Part shown: positions 52,381 through 57,695 of the stretch, one piece after another
Layout: each line of letters opens with the position of its first letter
How positions within the stretch are numbered: the first letter of the stretch is position 1
From: an uncultured Oscillospiraceae bacterium
Lineage (GTDB): Bacteria; Bacillota; Clostridia; Oscillospirales; Ruminococcaceae
Direction of reading: 5' to 3'
Assembly: GCA_964560915.1 (NCBI GenBank)
Contig: CAZLMO010000001.1
Location: forward strand, 1-57,695
DNA length: 57,695 bases
Position numbers and translations under genes: made by a program
Notes under the pieces: model-generated
The model's input: only the letters and a program-made list of their open reading frames with translations
What the model was told of the DNA's origin: nothing
The model's database searches: none

Positions 52381-53583
52381 TTGAACATACAACTTACTGA
52401 ATATCAGGTTGAGGCCGTTGAGAAAATGCATAATGGTTGTATTCTGCGAGGCGGTACGGGTTCTGGGAAAACTCTTACCTCTTTAGTTCATGTATTTGAA
52501 AAAATTTTGAAAGGCAGTTCCCCTTTATATCCGGGGCACACATATAAGAAAGCCGCTGTTAACCTTTCCATATATGTTATTACTACTCCAAAAAAACGGG
52601 ACAGTCTTGATTGGACCAGAGAAGCGGCTCTTGTTCCTATAGGTCTTACGGTTGTTGATTCGTGGAATAATATTAAAAAATATGAGCATCTTAAAAACGC
52701 CGTATTTATTTTTGATGAGTCAAAAGTTATTGGGTATGGAGCATGGACGCAGTCGTTTCTTAAAATTACGAGACATAATGCGTGGATGCTTTTATCTGCA
52801 ACGCCAGGAGACACTTGGTTAGAATATATGCCAGTATTCATTGCCAATGGATTTTATAAAAACAAAACCGAATTTGAGCGAGAGCATGTGATGTGGAGTC
52901 GCTTCTCTAAATATCCAAAGGTTGAACGATATCTTGGTATATCTCGTTTAATTCGTCAACGAGATCTTATTACGGTGGATATGGGAGACCAACGAGCAAC
53001 AACGCAACACCATAAGGACGTGCTTTGTGATTTTAACGCAATTCATTATGAAATACTAGCAAAGGATAGATGGAACCTCTTTGAAAATAAACCAATTCGA
53101 GACATATCGCAGCTATGCTTTGCGCTTCGTAAGGTTGTAAATTCTGACGAATCAAGACTTGCCGCCCTCTCTACCATTTATGCTAGACATAAGAAAGTAA
53201 TCGTTTTCTATAACTTTAACTATGAATTAGAACTACTTCGCAGTTGGTGCGATTCTAATAAAATTGTGTATTCTGAATGGAATGGCCGTAATCATGACGA
53301 CTTACCCACAAGTCCACTTTGGGTATATCTTTGCCAATACACGGCCGCAAAAGAAGCATGGAATTGTATTGAAACTGATTGTATTGTATTTTATTCGCAA
53401 ACCTACTCATACAAGGCCCTTGTGCAGTCAGCGGGAAGAATTGATAGGATGAACACCACCTTCTTACATTTATACTATTATCATCTAATATCCTCTGCAC
53501 CAATTGAATTAGGCATACAAAAAGCTTTATATCATAAAGAAAACTTTAATGAAGGGCGTTGGCTTATGGCCGAAAGCTCTTAA
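52381..53583 (+). CDS. SF2 (SNF2/DEAD-like) helicase
   Basis: TTG start after AAAGGAGGTGAG. Walker A GGTGSGKT, Walker B-like IFDES, SAT-like motif LSATPG, and a C-terminal QSAGRIDR motif VI. Confidence 0.7.
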   Translation: MNIQLTEYQVEAVEKMHNGCILRGGTGSGKTLTSLVHVFEKILKGSSPLYPGHTYKKAAVNLSIYVITTPKKRDSLDWTREAALVPIGLTVVDSWNNIKKYEHLKNAVFIFDESKVIGYGAWTQSFLKITRHNAWMLLSATPGDTWLEYMPVFIANGFYKNKTEFEREHVMWSRFSKYPKVERYLGISRLIRQRDLITVDMGDQRATTQHHKDVLCDFNAIHYEILAKDRWNLFENKPIRDISQLCFALRKVVNSDESRLAALSTIYARHKKVIVFYNFNYELELLRSWCDSNKIVYSEWNGRNHDDLPTSPLWVYLCQYTAAKEAWNCIETDCIVFYSQTYSYKALVQSAGRIDRMNTTFLHLYYYHLISSAPIELGIQKALYHKENFNEGRWLMAESS

Positions 53584-53585
53584 TC

Positions 53586-53612
53586 GCAACAAAAACATAG
53601 CCTATAATGAGA
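53586..53612 (+). promoter_or_regulatory. phage promoter-like motif copy 18
   Basis: GCAACAAAAACATAGCC-TATAAT-GAGA. Confidence 0.6.
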
Positions 53613-53676
53613 GAGTAAGGTGTCGCTAAACCAGCGCATCTTCTTTTCTTATATTTTTTGAGAAAGGAGCGTGGCT

Positions 53677-53979
53677 ATGGCTAAAAAAGAGTCTGAATTT
53701 AAGGGTAAACTCTATAAAGAAATCCGGGAACGATTCCCAGGAGCTGAAGTTCTTCCAAATGATCCTAACTATCTTCAAGGGATTCCCGACGCAACGGTCT
53801 TTTTTCCAAACGGGAGATATGTTATGCTTGAGAGCAAAAAAGCTGCGACCTCAAAAAAACAACCAAACCAAGAATACTATGTATACGAATCTCCTTTAAG
53901 TAAAAACGCAATGTTTGCATGCCCCGACAATCGCAAAGAAGTTCTTACTGAACTAGAAAGGAGATATCATTTGCAGTGA
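53677..53979 (+). CDS. PD-(D/E)xK nuclease (VRR-NUC / resolvase-like)
   Basis: ATG lies 7-8 nt after AAAGGAG. GIPDATVFF...VMLESKK fits the D...ExK motif. Confidence 0.45.
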   Translation: MAKKESEFKGKLYKEIRERFPGAEVLPNDPNYLQGIPDATVFFPNGRYVMLESKKAATSKKQPNQEYYVYESPLSKNAMFACPDNRKEVLTELERRYHLQ

Positions 53980-54524
53980 AATTTAATTATCATTCAAATC
54001 TTGAAGGCACTCATGCTTTTCTTTCTCCTAGTCGATATTCGTGGGTCAATTATGATGAGCAAAAACTAGATTCCGTCTATGCTAATTGGCGCGCTTCGCA
54101 GCTAGGCACCGAGCTCCATGAGCTTGCCTCTAAACTGATCAATCTTGGTGTTAAATTACCAAAAACCAATAAAACATTAAACATGTATGTCAATGATGGA
54201 ATTGGTTTTCGAATGTCGACCGAGGTATGTTTGTTTTATTCGATTAATGCCTTTGGTACAGCCGATGCAATATCTTTTAAAAATAATACCCTTCGTATTC
54301 ACGATTTAAAAAATGGTCGAACCCCGGCATCTATTAAACAATTGGAGATCTATACCGCTTTGTTCTGTCTCGAATACAGCTTTAATCCGCGCGATATTGA
54401 TATTGAACTTCGCCTTTATCAATTGGACGAGGTGCTTGTTTCAAACCCCATTCCTGAAGATATTTTATTTATTATGGAACGAATTATGGTGTTTGACAAA
54501 AGGATAAACGACATTAAAGAATAG
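53976..54524 (+). CDS. PD-(D/E)xK family nuclease (recombination exonuclease-like)
   Basis: GTG start overlapping the upstream stop. GTADAISF...IHDLKNG fits the D...D-x-K motif. Confidence 0.4.
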   Translation: MKFNYHSNLEGTHAFLSPSRYSWVNYDEQKLDSVYANWRASQLGTELHELASKLINLGVKLPKTNKTLNMYVNDGIGFRMSTEVCLFYSINAFGTADAISFKNNTLRIHDLKNGRTPASIKQLEIYTALFCLEYSFNPRDIDIELRLYQLDEVLVSNPIPEDILFIMERIMVFDKRINDIKE

Positions 54525-54540
54525 GGGTGTAAAACAACCA

Positions 54541-57411
54541 ATGGCATATTTAAAGCATTTCGGCACCCCTCGACATAGTGGTCGATATCCTTGGGGTTCC
54601 GGAAAAGATCCTCAAAGATCTAAATCGTTTGCCACTCGTGTATCTGAGTTAAAAAAAGAAGGCCTATCCGAAGCCGAAATTGCTAAAGGTTTTGGATTTA
54701 AAACAACAACGGAGCTTCGTGCAAAAATACATACTGAATCAGAATCACGATATGCAGCGCAAGCGGCCATGGCCTCTCGATTAAGGGCTAAAGGAAATTC
54801 CGATGTCGCAATTGCCAGAAGAATGAACGTTAGTCCTAACACCGTTAAGAATTTACTTCTTCCTGAAACAAAAGAGCGGCATAAGGCAACCGAAGCCACT
54901 ATGGAAATGTTACAAGCGGCAGCGGATAAAAAGGGTATGGTTGACATTGGTACAGCAGCTAATTTAAGAATTGGGGTAACAAAAACAAAATTAGATGTTT
55001 CTGTTTTACAACTGCAAGAAAAAGGATATGTTGCTGTTGCCATTCAAACCCCTCAACTTGGAACCTCTAATAAGACAACCGTTCGTTCTTTACTTTCACC
55101 CGCAACCATGGAGAAAGCTAGAGCCGAATACGTTATAAAAGATCCAGATAAATGGCGAAGATTAACTCCACAAGAACAAGAAGCAAAAATTGCGTATTTA
55201 TATGCTTCTAAACATGCAGATGAAATTCGTCTAATTGACGACTGGACCTCTGATGGTGGACTTACATATAAACAAGTAAAGCCGCCAGTCTCGATCGATT
55301 CAAAACGTATTATGGTTCGTTTTAGTGATGATAACCCTTCTGGTGCAAGTATGGACGGAACTATACAAGTAAGAAGAGGCGTTCCAGACTTAGCCCTTCC
55401 ACCCGACAAACACTATGGTCAAGCACGTGTTGCTGTTGACGGAACACATTATATGAAGGGTATGGTTATTTATGCATATGAAGACATGCCGCCTGGCATT
55501 GATGTTATTTATAACACAAATAAAGACTCTTCTGTAGGGAAACTTGGTGCTCTGAAAAAAATGAACACGGTGTTGGATACCGAAGATGGTGGCGCAATAT
55601 TCATTGATAAAGAGGGTAAACAAAAAATTAATGAATTTGGCGCTTCAATTCGTCAAACTACATATATCGATAAGAAGGGAAAAGAACAACTATCTGCTCT
55701 AAACATCGTTGGCTTTGTTGGAAAAACAGATTCTGGTGTAGAAGGCGGATGGGAAACCTGGAGTAAGACCCTTTCTAGCCAATTTTTATCGAAACAAAAT
55801 TCCGAACTTGCTAAACAACAACTCAATTTGGCCTATTTGGATCAAAAAGACACATTCGATTCGTATGCCCAAATTACACAACCCGCTGTTAAGCAGCGAT
55901 TATTAGATGCATTTGCTGACGACTGTGATTCTAAAGCCGTTCATTTAAAGGCTGCTGCTTTACCTCGACAAACATCAAATGTTATTATTCCAATCATGTC
56001 ATTAAAAAAGAATGAATGCTATTCTCCTAACTATAGAGATGGAGAACAGCTGGTTCTAATTCGTTATCCGCATGCAGGAACCTTTGAAATTCCCGTTGTT
56101 ACAAATAACTTACGAAATAAAGAAGCCAAGGCCGTTTTAGGTGGTGGATTAGATGGTCTTGGAATTACACCGCATGCTGCGGAGCAATTATCTGGTGCGG
56201 ACTTTGACGGCGATACAGTCATTGCGATTCCATATAACCCAAAAACGATTGCGATCTCTCCTATAAACAAAAGCCTTTCTGATTTTACCGAAACCTATCG
56301 AAAACAATATGCTAAAGTTCCAGGCATGGCCGTTATTACAACAAAACAAAAGGGTCAAGAAATGGGTAGAGTATCAAATCTTATTACGGATATGACAATT
56401 AAGGGCGCAACAGTTGATAAGATTGTTAGAGCAGTTAAGCATTCAATGGTGGTTATAGATGCCGAGAAGCACGAACTGAACTATACCCAGTCCTATATTG
56501 ATAATGGGATAGCTGAATTAAAGGTTGAATATCAAGGAGGCACGCTTACAAATCCAAGAGGTGCTTCAACATTAGTTAGTCGAGCTTCTTCAGAACAACG
56601 CGTTGACAAAAGAAAAGCCCTTACTAAAGAAGAGGCTCTTGCAACCGGTCGCACTCTTATTAGAAAAAATGCCTATTCCGTCGATGTCAATACCGGCGAG
56701 AAAGTCTACATCCCTACTGGTGATGGTTATACAAATAAAAAAGGGAAGTTTATTAAGTCGCAAATCAAATCAACAAAGATGGCCGAAGTTTCAGATGCTC
56801 GAAAACTTATGAGTTCTCCTGCCACTCCGATTGAAATCATCTATGCCGATTATGCCAACTCAATGAAAGCGCTTGGCAATAAAGCTCGAAAAGAGTCAGC
56901 TAACATTAAAATGACTGCTTATGACCCATCTGCTAAAAAAGCATATGCTCCCGAAGTTGCCGCACTTAACAAAAAATTAAAGGTCGCTTTAGCTAATGCC
57001 CCACTTGAGCGACAGGTGCATCTTATCGGTAATAAAAAACTTCGAACAACCATAGATGCGAACAACAACATGGATGCAAGTCAAATTAAGAAACTAAAAG
57101 GTCAAATCTTGGCGCAAACACGAGAACTGGTTGGAGCAAAGAAAACACCAATTCAGATTACTCAATCGGAATGGCATGCGATTGAATCTGGTGCAATCAG
57201 TAATGCTCTATTAAAACAAATCTTAGATAATACAAATTTGGATGTTGTACAATCATATGCAACTCCGCGAACTAGAGTTCTCATGTCTCCAAGTAAGGTT
57301 GCCCGTGCTAAGATATACCGTGCTCAAGGAAGAGAGATGTCCGAAATCGCAGAAGCGCTCGGCGTTTCGGTTTCCACTTTATCTCAATCACTGAAAGGAG
57401 AAGGGTCATGA
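54541..57411 (+). CDS. single-polypeptide two-barrel RNA polymerase (YonO/RdRP-like) with HTH-like termini
   Basis: The beta-like barrel signature THYMKGMVIYAYEDMPPGIDVIYNTN spans nt 55444-55521. The beta-prime-like signature LVLIRYPHAGTFEIPVV...SGADFDGDTVIAIPY spans nt 56050-56235, with DFDGD at 56200-56214. HTH-like segments are NSDVAIARRMNVSPNTVKNLL (aa 86-106) and REMSEIAEALGVSVSTLSQSL (aa ~931-951). The N-terminal motif KHFGTPRHSGRYPWGSG is related to the head-module paralogs. Confidence 0.65.
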   Translation: MAYLKHFGTPRHSGRYPWGSGKDPQRSKSFATRVSELKKEGLSEAEIAKGFGFKTTTELRAKIHTESESRYAAQAAMASRLRAKGNSDVAIARRMNVSPNTVKNLLLPETKERHKATEATMEMLQAAADKKGMVDIGTAANLRIGVTKTKLDVSVLQLQEKGYVAVAIQTPQLGTSNKTTVRSLLSPATMEKARAEYVIKDPDKWRRLTPQEQEAKIAYLYASKHADEIRLIDDWTSDGGLTYKQVKPPVSIDSKRIMVRFSDDNPSGASMDGTIQVRRGVPDLALPPDKHYGQARVAVDGTHYMKGMVIYAYEDMPPGIDVIYNTNKDSSVGKLGALKKMNTVLDTEDGGAIFIDKEGKQKINEFGASIRQTTYIDKKGKEQLSALNIVGFVGKTDSGVEGGWETWSKTLSSQFLSKQNSELAKQQLNLAYLDQKDTFDSYAQITQPAVKQRLLDAFADDCDSKAVHLKAAALPRQTSNVIIPIMSLKKNECYSPNYRDGEQLVLIRYPHAGTFEIPVVTNNLRNKEAKAVLGGGLDGLGITPHAAEQLSGADFDGDTVIAIPYNPKTIAISPINKSLSDFTETYRKQYAKVPGMAVITTKQKGQEMGRVSNLITDMTIKGATVDKIVRAVKHSMVVIDAEKHELNYTQSYIDNGIAELKVEYQGGTLTNPRGASTLVSRASSEQRVDKRKALTKEEALATGRTLIRKNAYSVDVNTGEKVYIPTGDGYTNKKGKFIKSQIKSTKMAEVSDARKLMSSPATPIEIIYADYANSMKALGNKARKESANIKMTAYDPSAKKAYAPEVAALNKKLKVALANAPLERQVHLIGNKKLRTTIDANNNMDASQIKKLKGQILAQTRELVGAKKTPIQITQSEWHAIESGAISNALLKQILDNTNLDVVQSYATPRTRVLMSPSKVARAKIYRAQGREMSEIAEALGVSVSTLSQSLKGEGS

Positions 57412-57650
57412 AAGATGACATAATGTTAACAACAATAGATAATCCATTTGACCCCTTTACTCAGTGGGACGATTGGAAGCGATACGACGAAGACATGAAG
57501 TATTTTACATGTAATTACCTTGCAAGAATTGCGAAGACATCTGATGATTTACCAGCTGTTGACAATGAAATAGCGATTGAGAATGCAATTAATGAAATTG
57601 TAAACCTCAATATCTTAGGAATTTACAGAAAAGTATATAAAAAAATATAA
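57408..57650 (+). CDS. hypothetical small protein (80 aa)
   Basis: Start overlaps the RNAP stop (ATGA). Acidic, conserved-looking phage protein (IDNPFDPFTQWDDW). Confidence 0.5.
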   Translation: MKDDIMLTTIDNPFDPFTQWDDWKRYDEDMKYFTCNYLARIAKTSDDLPAVDNEIAIENAINEIVNLNILGIYRKVYKKI

Positions 57651-57695
57651 TATCATACCGGGGGGGGTCTATTTATCACACCCCCTCTTCTACAT
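57651..57695. other. genome-end region with G8 / C5 tracts (candidate cos/packaging region together with 1-121)
   Basis: A G8 run (57660-57667) and CCCCC lie 13 nt apart. Across the junction there is GAGGGTCC and the palindrome GCCCCGGGGGC followed by T6 (31-47). G/C tracts stand out in an otherwise AT-rich non-coding stretch directly upstream of the terS-like gene. Confidence 0.35.
57687..57695. repeat. terminal direct repeat CTTCTACAT (copy 2)
   Basis: Identical to nt 1-9. Confidence 0.8.

Noticed and set aside
1-57695. A lysogeny module (integrase, CI-like repressor, attP).
   Set aside because: No tyrosine- or serine-recombinase-like ORF and no divergent repressor/Cro pair was recognised. 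The only HTH-rich or Bro-like proteins are the RNAP termini and ORF 43384-43872. Absence cannot be proven without profile searches.

Overview
The window looks like a complete or near-complete ~57.7 kb genome of a tailed, siphovirus-like dsDNA phage. The first and last 9 nt are identical. The host is probably a low-GC Gram-positive bacterium, judging from AGGAGG-type RBSs, frequent GTG/TTG starts, a SleB-like hydrolase and copper-amine-oxidase-like wall-binding repeats. Every credible gene is on the + strand, and I recognised no integrase or repressor. All calls come from reading the sequence and translations and from remembered family signatures. No database search or folding program was run.

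Layout:
- 1-30.3 kb: packaging, head, tail and lysis. This covers a terS-like gene, HNH, TerL, three paralogous HFGxxGxxWG-motif proteins, portal, a prohead protease-major capsid fusion, major tail protein, a 2589-aa tape measure, Dit/Tal-like proteins, two large tail fibres, a papain-like endolysin and an LL-H-like holin.
- 30.3-41.2 kb: an unusual early region built from about 16 mini transcription units. Each has a conserved 27-nt promoter-like motif, a small mostly membrane protein or an ORF-less structured RNA, and an intrinsic terminator whose loop often contains the stop codon.
- 41.2-57.7 kb: nucleotide metabolism and replication. This covers dUTPase (at 38.3 kb), DNA ligase, FEN-type exonuclease, SSB-like protein, SF2 helicase, PD-(D/E)xK nucleases and a 1321-aa SF3-helicase/AEP-primase/PolB fusion.

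Main candidate system: the last large gene (54541-57411) encodes a single-chain two-barrel RNA polymerase. It carries a beta-like KG...EDMP...IDVIYN signature, a beta-prime-like RxPxxH...ADFDGD signature and HTH-like ends. Its N-terminus shares a short motif with three head-module proteins. I propose, as a hypothesis, a virion-delivered phage RNAP that reads the 18-copy -35-less promoter family. A tRNA-like structured RNA and a promoter-driven ORF-less RNA are secondary candidates.
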